Shown: positions 18,697 to 28,528, counted from the first letter of the stretch. The stretch is DNA of 64,000 nucleotides from an uncultured Candidatus Rokubacteria bacterium (GCA_963721815.1 CAVRLO010000010.1:278257-342256); one strand, 5' to 3'. Made by a program: numbers and translations. Notes: generated by a model from the letters alone, not told the origin.

Positions 18697-21051
18697 ATGC
18701 AATTGGAGACTCGCAACCTCGGCATCGTCAGGGCGCTCGGCTGGGAGCGAACCGCCATGGGCATCGAGTTCCAGTGCGTGACCGAAGGGCTGGCGGCCGT
18801 GCGCGTGGCGTTGAGCGCGATCGCGCCGCGTGTCGTTCGCGTGCGGACGACGCCGGGCCCGGTCGCGGCGGCGAAGCGATTCAGCTACGTGGTCGGCCGA
18901 CCGAGCCCTGGATCGTGGTCAGTTGACGCCGATACGAGTCGCGTCGTCCTGACCACAGCGCAGATCGTCGTCGAAGCGAGTCTGGACCCATGGCAGCTTC
19001 TGTTCCGGACGCCGGACGGCCGGCTCCTGACCCATCAAGTCCACGACGACGCCAACTTCGCCGGCCAGCGCTTCGGGCCGCGCCCGGGGCTCGAGGTCGA
19101 GAGTCTGCCGCACGATCCGGCCCGGCGCGTGCGCGGCGTGGTCGAGACCTTGCTGCTTGATCCCGAGGATCACTTTTACGGGAGTGGCGAGCGGTTCGGC
19201 CGACTCGATCTGGTGGGCCGCACCGTCCGCATCTGGAACCGGAACCCATACGGCGCGCGGTCGGAGCTTGCCTACAAGAATCTGCCGGTGATCATCGGCA
19301 GCCGAGGCTACGGGATCTTCGTGGACGTGCCGACCGCCGTCGGCTTTGATCTCGGGAGTCGATCGAATCGAGCCTACAGCGTACAGGCCGAGGGCGACGA
19401 GCTCGACTACTACCTGATCGCAGGCACGCCCAAGGAGATCGTGACCGCCTACACGCAGCTGACGGGTCGGCCCGCAGTGCCTCCGGAGTGGGCGTTCGGC
19501 CTGTGGGCTTCGACCTGTTTCGTGCAGTTCACCGAAGCCTCGGTCCTCGAGGTCGCGCGCCGCCTGCGCGCCGAAGGCATCCCCTGCGACGTCTTCCATC
19601 TGGACTCGTTCTGGCAGCGCGCCTACATGTGGTGCGATTTCGAGTGGGATTCGGCACGCCTTCCGGACCCCAGGCGCCTCCTGGCCGAGCTCCACCGCGA
19701 AGGATTCCACAACTGTCTGTGGATCAACCCCTACGTCTCGCTGCAGAGCTCTCTCTACACGGAGGGCGAGACGCACGGCTATTTCCTCAAGCGGCCCGAC
19801 GGCAGCGTCTATCACCCGATCGTCTGGAGCCAGCGCACCGAACGAGGCATGGGGCTCTGCGCCATCGTGGACTTCACGAATCCCGCGGCGGCGCGGTGGT
19901 ATCGCGGCAAGCTCACGGAGCAGCTCGACCTCGGCGCCGATTCGTTCAAGCCGGATTTCGGCGAGGAGATTCCCCACGACGCCGTCTTCGCCAACGGGCT
20001 CACCGGCGCAGAGATGCACAACCCGTATCCGCTCCTGTTCCAGAAGGAAGTCTTCGATGCGACGCGCGCCCGCGCCGACCGCGTGATGGCCTGGTCCCGC
20101 AGCGCCGCCCCGGGTGCCCAACGCTATCCGGGCCACTGGTCGGGAGATCCGGAGTGCACGTTCACCGATCTCGCGAACACCTTGCGCGGCGGTCTGGCCG
20201 CATCGATGAGCGGGCTCGCCTACTGGAGCCACGACATGGGCGGCTTCTGGGGCGATCCGTCGCCGGAGCTCTTCGTGCGCTGGTCGCAGCTTGGCTTTCT
20301 GTCGGCGCTGAGCCGCTTCCACGGCGCGACCCCGCGCGAGCCCTGGCGCTACGGCGACGACGCGCTCAGGATTTTTCGGCAATACGCGTGCCTTCGCAGC
20401 CGGCTCGTGCCCTACGTGGTGAGCTACGGGTGGCAGGCGTCCGAAGACGGTATCCCGATCATGCGTCCGATGGTCATGGAGTTCCCCGAAGACCCGGCCG
20501 GCTATGCGTTCGATCTTCAGTACTGTCTCGGACGAGAGCTGCTCGTCTCGCCGGTGGTGCGCGCTGACGGTATCGTCACGACCTACCTGCCGCGTGGCAA
20601 GTGGACCGACTGGTGGACCGGCGCCGTCCACGAGGGGCCGACGACGGTCCGACGCCAGGTGCCGCTGGAGGAACTACCGCTCTACGTCAGGGACGAGAGT
20701 CTCGTCGTCCTGGGACCTGAACGGAGCCACGTGGGCGAGAAACCGGTCGATCCGCTTACCGTCGAGGCGTTCGTCACGAAAGACGCCTCGTTCACCTTGC
20801 GCGGAGACTCGGGCACCGTCGCCATGCACTGCCAGCGTCGAGGTAACGCAGTCTCATTCGAGGCGAGCGCGTCGGCGGCGACGTTCGTGCTCAGGCTGCG
20901 TCAGCCGCACTCTGTCAGCTCAGTCTCGGCGGACGGTCAGACGATTCCGCGACTGGACGTCGCAGAGCTCGAGCGAAACGGAGCAGGATGGACGAGTGAC
21001 GAGCGTGTCGTGGTCGTCAGGGCCCGAGCGCGTCGGATCGAGATTCGCTAA
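18697..21051 (+). CDS. yicI: GH31 alpha-xylosidase (YicI-like)
   Basis: PPEWAFGLW, WINPY, FKPDFGE nucleophile motif, WSGD acid/base, WSHDMGGF. Confidence 0.88.
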   Translation: MQLETRNLGIVRALGWERTAMGIEFQCVTEGLAAVRVALSAIAPRVVRVRTTPGPVAAAKRFSYVVGRPSPGSWSVDADTSRVVLTTAQIVVEASLDPWQLLFRTPDGRLLTHQVHDDANFAGQRFGPRPGLEVESLPHDPARRVRGVVETLLLDPEDHFYGSGERFGRLDLVGRTVRIWNRNPYGARSELAYKNLPVIIGSRGYGIFVDVPTAVGFDLGSRSNRAYSVQAEGDELDYYLIAGTPKEIVTAYTQLTGRPAVPPEWAFGLWASTCFVQFTEASVLEVARRLRAEGIPCDVFHLDSFWQRAYMWCDFEWDSARLPDPRRLLAELHREGFHNCLWINPYVSLQSSLYTEGETHGYFLKRPDGSVYHPIVWSQRTERGMGLCAIVDFTNPAAARWYRGKLTEQLDLGADSFKPDFGEEIPHDAVFANGLTGAEMHNPYPLLFQKEVFDATRARADRVMAWSRSAAPGAQRYPGHWSGDPECTFTDLANTLRGGLAASMSGLAYWSHDMGGFWGDPSPELFVRWSQLGFLSALSRFHGATPREPWRYGDDALRIFRQYACLRSRLVPYVVSYGWQASEDGIPIMRPMVMEFPEDPAGYAFDLQYCLGRELLVSPVVRADGIVTTYLPRGKWTDWWTGAVHEGPTTVRRQVPLEELPLYVRDESLVVLGPERSHVGEKPVDPLTVEAFVTKDASFTLRGDSGTVAMHCQRRGNAVSFEASASAATFVLRLRQPHSVSSVSADGQTIPRLDVAELERNGAGWTSDERVVVVRARARRIEIR

Positions 21052-21759
21052 GCGACTCGTCACACCCGTACGTACCCACCCTGCAAATCCTCCTGCCGTG
21101 TTGAGGTAGAGGCCGATCACGTAGTGTGGCCGCGCCAGCTCCGCGGCCGAGACGCGCCCCTCGGCGCTCCTGTACCGCCGGCCGCGCTTCAAAACCAGAT
21201 AGGGCAACCACGACACGGCGAGCAGGGGTACGAGGTACCAGAGCCACCGCCATCTAGCGGCGAAAACACAGAGGGCGACCAGGATCAGCGGGAGGCAGCC
21301 GATCAAGCCGAGGCGGTCGACCATCTGCATGAATTTCGCATCGGCGCCGAGGAGCTTCGCCATGTCTTCCGCATGGCGTTTTCCTTCGAAGGGCCGACGC
21401 GTGAAGACAGACAGCAGATGTGCTCCCGGACTGACCGATACGCTCCCGGCCTCGCGAGGCGTGCCTGTCTTGTCCCAGCCGATCAGCGCGACCCGACCGT
21501 GCGGGGCCTCGAGGCGGAATGCGCCGCCGAGCGGTTCGAATTCGCGCTCGAGCTCAGGCGGCAATGTTTCGTTCACCATCACGTCGATCCGATACTTCAC
21601 GGGGTCATCGGTCACCAGGAAGAAGATGTCGGCCGACCGCGCGCGCGGCTCCAATTGCCGAAGCAGAACCTCCTGATCGAGTCCGGCCGGCAACCCTAGC
21701 GTCGCCTGACCCAAAGCGACAACACCAGATTCCGAGGAGACCTCGATCCGAGCGCTCAC
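20920..21759 (-). CDS. Hypothetical membrane protein with two C-terminal TM helices; true end may be about 21060 via a frameshift
   Basis: Protein-like ORF; the 130-bp overlap with yicI disappears if a 1-nt shift near 21110 gives ...EDLQGGYVRV-stop. Confidence 0.6.
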   Translation of the reverse strand: MSARIEVSSESGVVALGQATLGLPAGLDQEVLLRQLEPRARSADIFFLVTDDPVKYRIDVMVNETLPPELEREFEPLGGAFRLEAPHGRVALIGWDKTGTPREAGSVSVSPGAHLLSVFTRRPFEGKRHAEDMAKLLGADAKFMQMVDRLGLIGCLPLILVALCVFAARWRWLWYLVPLLAVSWLPYLVLKRGRRYRSAEGRVSAAELARPHYVIGLYLNTAGGFAGWVRTGVTSRLANLDPTRSGPDDHDTLVTRPSCSVSLELCDVQSRNRLTVRRD

Positions 21760-21881
21760 CTATCCTTCACCCGAGCGATCACGCCGAGCCGCCGGGGCGA
21801 GCCGGCGGGCGGTTTCCCTTGTAATGGGCTAACCGCTCGAACGCCGCGAATGGGCTCGCCCTTGAGTCCGATACACCGGGG

Positions 21882-22610
21882 CTAGTCGAGCGCCCGGTAC
21901 ATCCGCTCGTCGTAGAGCGCGCCCGTCATCGTGGCGAGCTTGTCGCGGAACTCGCGCGTCGGGGCCGCCATCGAGTGCGTCTCGACCGCCTTCACGTCCT
22001 TCCAGATCTCGACCACAGTGAAGTGATTCTGGCGGTTGACCTGCTGGACGACCTCGAAGCGCAGGTTGCCCTCGCCCCGCCGGCTGTCCTCGCCCAGACG
22101 CTTGAGGGCGGCCACGCCGTCGTCCTTGCGTGGGGGAATGACGTCGACGTGGGTCGCCACGTAGATGCCGGCCCGAGCGGAGGGCGCGTCGATGGGACCA
22201 ACGGACAGAGCGGTGTGCACCCGCTCGTCGGTCGGCGCGTTGCGGATGGCCGCGATCTTCTCGCGCGTTTCGGTGGTGCTGGCGCTCTTGCCGTGCGCCT
22301 CGAACGCGGCCTGGTCCTTCCAGATCTCGAGGATCGCGAACTGGTGCGGCTGGTCGATGCGCTGGATGACTTCGCAGCGCAGATTGCCGCCTTCCTTCTG
22401 TGCCGCCTCGCGGTAGCGCCGGAGGAGGGTGGCGGCCTCCGCCTTCGACGTCGGCATGACCTCGACATAGGTCACGGTGTAGACGTTGCCTACGATCGGA
22501 GCGGGCGCCGGCGTCGGGGCCGGCGACGGCGTCTGGGCGCGCGCGTCTCCGATCGCGCCGATCGCCATCACGACCAGCCCGAGGAAGAGGACACGAAGGA
22601 GCGTCTCCAT
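21882..22610 (-). CDS. Secreted tandem ABM (antibiotic biosynthesis monooxygenase-like) domain protein
   Basis: Signal peptide, Pro-rich linker, two repeats of EGNLRxEVxQ...FxxxEIWKD...H. Confidence 0.85.
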   Translation of the reverse strand: METLLRVLFLGLVVMAIGAIGDARAQTPSPAPTPAPAPIVGNVYTVTYVEVMPTSKAEAATLLRRYREAAQKEGGNLRCEVIQRIDQPHQFAILEIWKDQAAFEAHGKSASTTETREKIAAIRNAPTDERVHTALSVGPIDAPSARAGIYVATHVDVIPPRKDDGVAALKRLGEDSRRGEGNLRFEVVQQVNRQNHFTVVEIWKDVKAVETHSMAAPTREFRDKLATMTGALYDERMYRALD

Positions 22611-22660
22611 GGCGTCACCCCCACGCATGCTACCCTATGCGCTCGAAGCGCGGAGAAGCT

Positions 22661-23431
22661 ATGTCAACGGGCCACGTCGTCGGGGGGATAGATCTGGAAG
22701 TGGTGCGCCGCGGCGCCGGCCGGCCGCTGGTGCTGCTGCACGGCTTCCAGACCGTCGATCCGCGGGCGCCGTTCCTGCGAGCTGCTCGGGCGTCACGCCG
22801 AGGTCATCGCCCCGTCGCACCCCGGCTTCGGCCGCTCGCCGCGGCCCGCGGACTTCGAGACGGTCTACGACCTCGTGCACCTCTATCTGCGACTTCCTCG
22901 AGACGCTCCCGCACGAAAAGGTGACGCTGATGGGCTTCTCGTTCGGCGGCTGGCTCGCGGCGGAGCTGGCGGTGAAGTGCCGCCGCCGGCTCGACGCGCT
23001 GGTCCTGGTCGACGCGCTCGGCATCAAGGTGAGCGACCGCGAGACGCCGGACATCCTGGACGTCTTCAACACCTCGCCGCCAAGAGGTGCAGCGCCGGAG
23101 CTGGCACGATCCCGCGATGGGCGCCCGACCTCGACGCCATGTCGGACGACGAGCTGGTCGTCCGCGCGCGCAACTGGGAGGCGCTCTGCCTCTACGGCTG
23201 GCAGCCCTACATGCACAACCCGCAGCTCAAGCGCTGGCTGCGCCGCATCGACGTGCCGACGCTGGTGCTGTGGGGCGCCAGCGACGGCATCGTGACGCCC
23301 GCCTACGGCGGGCCTACAGCGCGCTGATCCCCGGCGCGCGCTTCGAGCTGATCGAGGCGCGCCGGCCACCATCCCGAGATCGAGCAGGCCGAGGCTTTCG
23401 CCGACACGGTCGTCGCTTCCTGAATCGCTGA
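22661..23431 (+). CDS. Alpha/beta hydrolase with several frameshifts (assembly errors or pseudogene)
   Basis: Pieces LLHG, PSHPGFG, GFSFGG, VPTLVLWG and GHHPEIE are spread over three frames. Confidence 0.75.
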
Positions 23432-23453
23432 GGCGGCTCCGGGGAGAGCCGCC

Positions 23454-24657
23454 ATGGACGCCTGGTGGCAGTGCGAAATCCCGTATCCGTTCGTGCCGCA
23501 GGAGGTGCTCGACGCGCGCGGACTCGGTGCGCGCCAGCCTGCCGAACAAATACTGCGACCCGAAGATCGCCGCCGATCTGTTCGAGGAAGTCATGGACGA
23601 GTTCCTGCTGTGCGACGACCTCGGGCTGAACGTGCGTGGCGATCGAGCATCACGCCGGCATCAACTCGCTGCTCGGCGCCAATCCGCTGTCGCTCGGCAT
23701 CCTCGCGCGTCAGACGCGACAGGTGCGGATCCTGAGCCTCGGCACGCTGATCTCCCTGCGCCAGGATCCGGTGCGGGTCGCGGAGGAGTACGCGACCGCC
23801 GACGTCATCTCGCGCGGGCGCCTCGAGATCGGGTTCGTCAAATCGGGCGGCAGCGAGATGGCGTCGAACAACGCGAACCCCGTCGAACAACGTCGAGCGC
23901 TACTGGGAGGCGATCGACCTCATCACGAAGACGCTCAGCCATCACGACGGGCCGTTCAGCTGGGAGGGCAAGCACTACACCCATCGTCACGTCAACATCT
24001 GGCCGCGTCCGTGGCAGCAGCCGCATCCGCGCATGTGGTCGGCCACCGGCGATCCGGAGACCGCCGCCGAGGTCGGCCGGCGCGGCATGGTCCACGTGCT
24101 CGTGCTGCGCGGACCGGAGGGCACCAAGCGGGCCTACGCCGCGCATCGCAAGGCGCGCGCCGAGGCCGGCTTGCCGAAGGTGACCACCGACAACTTCGCC
24201 TACGCCGCCTTCGTCTACGTCGGCGACACCGACGAGGAAGGGATGCGGGTCGGCAGCAAGCTGCTGTGGTTCCTGAACACGAGCCTCAAGTCGGCGCCGC
24301 AGTACTCGAAATTCCTGCCCGGCGGCGCGCCGCCGCAGGCCGCGCCGCAGGTCTATCGCACGGCGCCCACGGAGCGGGACCGGCACGGGAACGATGACGG
24401 CCAGCCAGAACGCCGCCCGGCTGACGGCGCTCAGCGCCGAGCAGGCGATGGCGCAGGGCATCCTCTTCGCGGGCAATCCCGACAGCGTCTACCGGCAGAT
24501 CATGGAGTTCTACGACAAGGTCGGCGGCTTCGGCCATCTGTGCCTGGTCGGCCGCTCGGGCTTCATGACCCACGCCGAATCGGAGAAAGGCATCCGCCTC
24601 TTCTCGAAGGAGGTCCTGCCCCGCCTTCGCGAGATCAAGGCCGTCACCGCGGACTGA
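23454..24657 (+). CDS. LLM-class oxidoreductase with several frameshifts
   Basis: Pieces AIEHHAG, RVAEEYATADVISRGRLEIG, WPRPWQQPHP and IRLFSKEVLPRL lie in different frames. Confidence 0.78.
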
Positions 24658-24671
24658 GGCCCGCTCGAGCC

Positions 24672-25463
24672 TCAGCGCCCAGTGAAGCGCGGCGGCCGGT
24701 GCTCGCGGTGGGCGGCCATGCCTTCGTCGACGTCCTGGCTCCATTCCAGCGCGTAACGAAGGGCGTCGGCCAGCGCGCGCGAGGCCGCGAAGCCGGCGGC
24801 GTTGCGGACATTCATGATGCGCTTGGCCCCTCGCGTGGCGAGTGGGCCGCTGGCCGAGATCCGGGTGGCCAGCGCCTGGGCTTCAGGGAGCAGTCGCGCC
24901 GCCGGATGAACCGCGAGCACGAGCCCCAGCCTCTCCATCTCGGCCGCGTCGATCTCGCGACCCGTGCAGATCAACTCCAAGGCGCGCGCCCGGCCGACGA
25001 TACCCGGGAGGCGAACCGGACCGCCGGCGCCCGGAAATCCGCCCCAGAGCGCCTCGGGCAGCGCGAACGTCGCGTGCGCCGCCGCCAGCCGGATATCGCA
25101 CGCGAGCGACAGCTCGGCCGCGCCGGCGCGCGCGGCTCCGTTGAACGCCGCGATCACGACCTGCGGCAAGGCTTCGATCGCGTCGTAGAGCCGGTTCGCG
25201 ATGCGGACGAGCTCGAGGATCTGGTCTTTCGTGTAGCCGGCGCGAACGACCGGATTCAGGATGCCCATCGAGAAGCACTCGGCGCCGGCGCCGGTGATGA
25301 CGATCGCCTGCGTCTCTTCGTCGGCGCCGAGGCGATCGACGAGCCCTTGTAAGGTCAGCAGCACGTCGCGGGTCAGGCGATTCTGATCGCCCGGCCGGTC
25401 GAGAGTGATCGTCATGGTGCGGCCGTCGCGCGCGACCCGGACTTCCTCCGTTCCTGGCGTCAT
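24672..25463 (-). CDS. Enoyl-CoA hydratase/isomerase (crotonase) family protein
   Basis: [18 protein letters not shown]...PGAGG, PPRFTGR terminus. Confidence 0.9.
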   Translation of the reverse strand: MTPGTEEVRVARDGRTMTITLDRPGDQNRLTRDVLLTLQGLVDRLGADEETQAIVITGAGAECFSMGILNPVVRAGYTKDQILELVRIANRLYDAIEALPQVVIAAFNGAARAGAAELSLACDIRLAAAHATFALPEALWGGFPGAGGPVRLPGIVGRARALELICTGREIDAAEMERLGLVLAVHPAARLLPEAQALATRISASGPLATRGAKRIMNVRNAAGFAASRALADALRYALEWSQDVDEGMAAHREHRPPRFTGR

Positions 25464-26132
25464 CCACGCTCTCCTGTGAGCAGCCCGCCGAAGATTCGGG
25501 CGCCGAGCTTGAAGCCTTCGGCCAGCGTGGTGCCGGCGCCTTCCGCCGCCGGATTCTCGGCTCGCCACGCTCGCAGGTGATCTTCCGACCGGAAGAAGTT
25601 GATCGTCGTTCAGAGAGAGTCGGCGATCTTGCACCGGTCGTCGGCCCGCTGACCGATCCACAGCATGATGCGCGACCCTTCCGGGCTCGCGCCCTCCGGC
25701 GTGGCCGCGAGCTCGAGGGGTACCCCGCAGTGGTGGCAGCGCGATCGGATCTCGATGGCTTGCCCGATCATCGGCGCGATGCCGAGCGCGTCCACGGCGC
25801 AGCAGGCGAACCGTTCTCCGCCGTCGCGCAACCGCACGACGAATGGCGTGGCCGGCGCGGAAAAGGGATACGCCATGTCGATCATCCCGTCCCGGATGCG
25901 GATCAGGTCGCCATCGTCCAGCGCGGCGAGCGCCCGGCGCATTGGCGCAGCCTCGCCGTCAGCAAAGCCGGCCAGCATCTCCTGCACTGGGAATCGGGCC
26001 GCCTCGTTCCAGGAAACGCTGCAGAACGAATCGGGACGCGGCGGTTTCCCGCGCGGCCCGGCGATCCCGCCAGCGGTGTTCCAGGTCGAGCGCCGCGAAT
26101 TCGTCGGCGCTCTTGATCTCGAGGCTCGCCAC
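25460..26132 (-). CDS. merB: MerB-like organometallic lyase, predicted selenoprotein (UGA at 25612-25610); one 1-nt frameshift near 25990
   Basis: [15 protein letters not shown] (MerB CxxD), SRCHHCG, then DSL-UGA-TTINFF and 49 codons after the UGA ending in an ATGA overlap with the crotonase; AAGGAGGG RBS. Confidence 0.8.
25579..25609 (-). promoter_or_regulatory. Putative bacterial SECIS hairpin
   Basis: UCUUCC-GGUC-GGAAGA stem-loop starting 13 nt after the UGA; G-first apical loop 19 nt downstream. Confidence 0.7.
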
Positions 26133-26230
26133 GGCTTCCCTCCTTGTGTCGCCGCGGCTCGGGCCGCGACGCACCGGCTTCTGTCCCGCCAGGGAGCAGG
26201 ATAAACTCTGGCGCAAGCCAGGAGGGCGCG

Positions 26231-27115
26231 ATGTACGAGGGCTTCCGCCGCTTCGATATCCAGACCAGCGATCCGCAAGTGACCATCCGCGGTGTGGTGG
26301 GTGGCGCGGGGCCGCCGGTCCTCCTGCTGCACGGCAATCCGCTGACGTACTACCACTGGCGATTCGTCGCGCCGCGACTGGCGAACGACTTCACCGTGGT
26401 CGCGACCGACCTGCGCGGCTACGGCGACAGCGGCAAGCCGCGCGGCTTGCCCGATCACAGTAACTACTCGTTCCGCCGCATGGCGCAGGATCAGGTGGAC
26501 GTCATGCGAGACCTCGGCTTCGAGCGATTCATGGTCGCGGGCCACGATCGGGGCGCGCGCACCGCCTATCGCATGGCCCTCGATCATCCGGCCGCGGTGC
26601 GGAAGCTCTGCGCCATCGACATCCTGCCGACCCACCACGTGTGGACACACGTTACGCGCGAATGGGCGCTCAACAGCTATCACTGGGCCTTCATGGCGCA
26701 GCCCTACGATTTCCCCGAGCGCCTGCTCGCCGGCAAGGAGGAGTACTACATCCGACTCAAGCTCGGCTCCCAGGGCATGGGCAAGGGTGGGTTCGCCGAG
26801 GACGCGATCCAGGAGTACCTGCGGTGCTGCACGCCCGAGAACATCCACGGGGTGTGCGAGGACTACCGCGCCGGAGCCACGATCGACTACGAGATGGACA
26901 GGAAGGACCTCGAAGCCGGCCACAGGATCGCGTGCCCGGTGCTCGTGATCGTCGGCGGCCAGAGCCACACCGCGAAGTTCTACGGCTACGAAAAAGCCTG
27001 GTCGACCTACGTCAGCAATCTGGTCGGCTGCATCGCCCTACCCTGCGGCCACTACCCCGCCGAACAAGCCCCCGAAGCAACCTACGAACAACTCCACAAA
27101 TTCTTCACCTCCTAA
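26231..27115 (+). CDS. Haloacetate (fluoroacetate) dehalogenase-like alpha/beta hydrolase
   Basis: DLRGYGDS, YSFRRMAQD, GHDRGAR (Asp nucleophile), YHW, EDYRA and CGHY. Confidence 0.88.
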   Translation: MYEGFRRFDIQTSDPQVTIRGVVGGAGPPVLLLHGNPLTYYHWRFVAPRLANDFTVVATDLRGYGDSGKPRGLPDHSNYSFRRMAQDQVDVMRDLGFERFMVAGHDRGARTAYRMALDHPAAVRKLCAIDILPTHHVWTHVTREWALNSYHWAFMAQPYDFPERLLAGKEEYYIRLKLGSQGMGKGGFAEDAIQEYLRCCTPENIHGVCEDYRAGATIDYEMDRKDLEAGHRIACPVLVIVGGQSHTAKFYGYEKAWSTYVSNLVGCIALPCGHYPAEQAPEATYEQLHKFFTS

Positions 27116-27212
27116 GCCCACCCCCGACGGGTTCGCGGCGAGCGACCCCGAGTGGAATCTGAGCGACCCGCTCGGCGATTACGAACAGTTCCGGCAGACG
27201 ACCGACGAAGCG

Positions 27213-27365
27213 GAGCCGGGCGGGTGGCGCCGGGAGCGGCCCTGCCGGACCGGCGTGAGCGGGACCCCCTCGTCCCGCGAGCAGCCCGAAGGGCTGCGTA
27301 CGGGCGAGTGGGTGACGGAGCCGGTCCGGCGGGGCCGCTTCCCGGCGCCAGGCCCCGCTCGACTC
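27213..27365. repeat. Large multi-branched inverted-repeat element between convergent genes
   Basis: 27226-27254 pairs with 27320-27349; inner hairpins at 27259-27278 and 27281-27297. Confidence 0.7.
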
Positions 27366-27394
27366 ACGCGCGCAAACGAACGCTCCTGAAGTGA

Positions 27395-28519
27395 CTACCG
27401 AAACCGCGGAATAACCTTCTCAGCAAACAGCTCGAGCGTTTTCAAGCAGCGGGAGCGTTCCAAAATTCCCTGGCCGAACAACAAGAAAACTTCGCGGAAC
27501 GGCACGTGGCGCGCCGCGTTCTCGATCATGCGCGTGACGGTGTCGGCGTCGCCGATCAGGAGCGGCGGGCGGTCCTGCCCGAAGGGCACGGACCACGAGT
27601 CCCACATCCAGAGGCAGTCCTCGGCCCACGCCTCGGCCTCGCTCTTCGTGTCGGCCAGCACGAGATAGCCGCCCCACGCCGCTTCCTCGCCGCGCGGCAC
27701 CTCGCGCCCGTGCTCCTCGGCCACCTCGCGGTAGCGGCGCCAGAGCATCTCGCAGAAATCCATCTCGCTGGCCATCACGATGGGCTTGCCGCCCTCCCGC
27801 GCCCAGTAGAGCGAGGTTTGCAGACTGTGCGTGAAGCCTGAATAGACCGGGATCGGGTTCTGCAGCGGCCGGGGCGCGATGCCGACCTCGCGGATCGTGC
27901 CGTCGGCGTCGACGCCGCGGCCGTACTTCAGATAGACCGGATGGGGATGCGGCTGGCGCTGGCCCTCCGCCGGGTAGGACCAGTACTTGCCCTTGAACGA
28001 GAAGGTGTCGTTGGCCCAGGCCGTCTTGATGATGGCCACGCACTCCTCGAAGAGCTCGCGGTTACGCGCATCCTCGTCGCTCTTGCGATTCCACGGCCCC
28101 GTCGCCTTGGCGCCTGGCACCGCGGCGTAGTTCTCGAACCATCGCGCCTGGTAGCCGCGCACGAACGCCACGTTGAGCCGGCCGCCCAGCAGATGATCGA
28201 GGGTCGCCGCGTGCTCGGCCACGCGGAGCGGATTGTGCGTCGGCAGCACGTAGCCGAACTGGTTGATCCGCAGGCGCGGGCCGTGCTTGCCGAGGAACAT
28301 CGCCATGAGCCCCGGGTCCTGACCGAGCTCGAACCCTTCGATCTGCAGATGATGCTCGGGGATGCCGATGCCCGACCAGCCCGTTCGGTCGCACGCGCGC
28401 GCGTACTCGCCGATCTCGTCCAGCATGCGCTGGTAGAGCACGGGGTCCTTACCGGCCATGCCGCGCTCTAGCTCGCCGCGCCGTCCGATCGTCACGTACA
28501 TGAACGCGTGGAAGTCCAT
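27395..28519 (-). CDS. LLM-class flavin-dependent oxidoreductase
   Basis: PEHHLQIEG, PLRVAEHAATLDHLLGGRL and LELFAEKVIP. Confidence 0.9.
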   Translation of the reverse strand: MDFHAFMYVTIGRRGELERGMAGKDPVLYQRMLDEIGEYARACDRTGWSGIGIPEHHLQIEGFELGQDPGLMAMFLGKHGPRLRINQFGYVLPTHNPLRVAEHAATLDHLLGGRLNVAFVRGYQARWFENYAAVPGAKATGPWNRKSDEDARNRELFEECVAIIKTAWANDTFSFKGKYWSYPAEGQRQPHPHPVYLKYGRGVDADGTIREVGIAPRPLQNPIPVYSGFTHSLQTSLYWAREGGKPIVMASEMDFCEMLWRRYREVAEEHGREVPRGEEAAWGGYLVLADTKSEAEAWAEDCLWMWDSWSVPFGQDRPPLLIGDADTVTRMIENAARHVPFREVFLLFGQGILERSRCLKTLELFAEKVIPRFR

Positions 28520-28528
28520 CGCTGACTG

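Noticed and set aside
25460-26132. Classical mercury-resistance operon
   Set aside because: No merA, merR, merT or merP in the window
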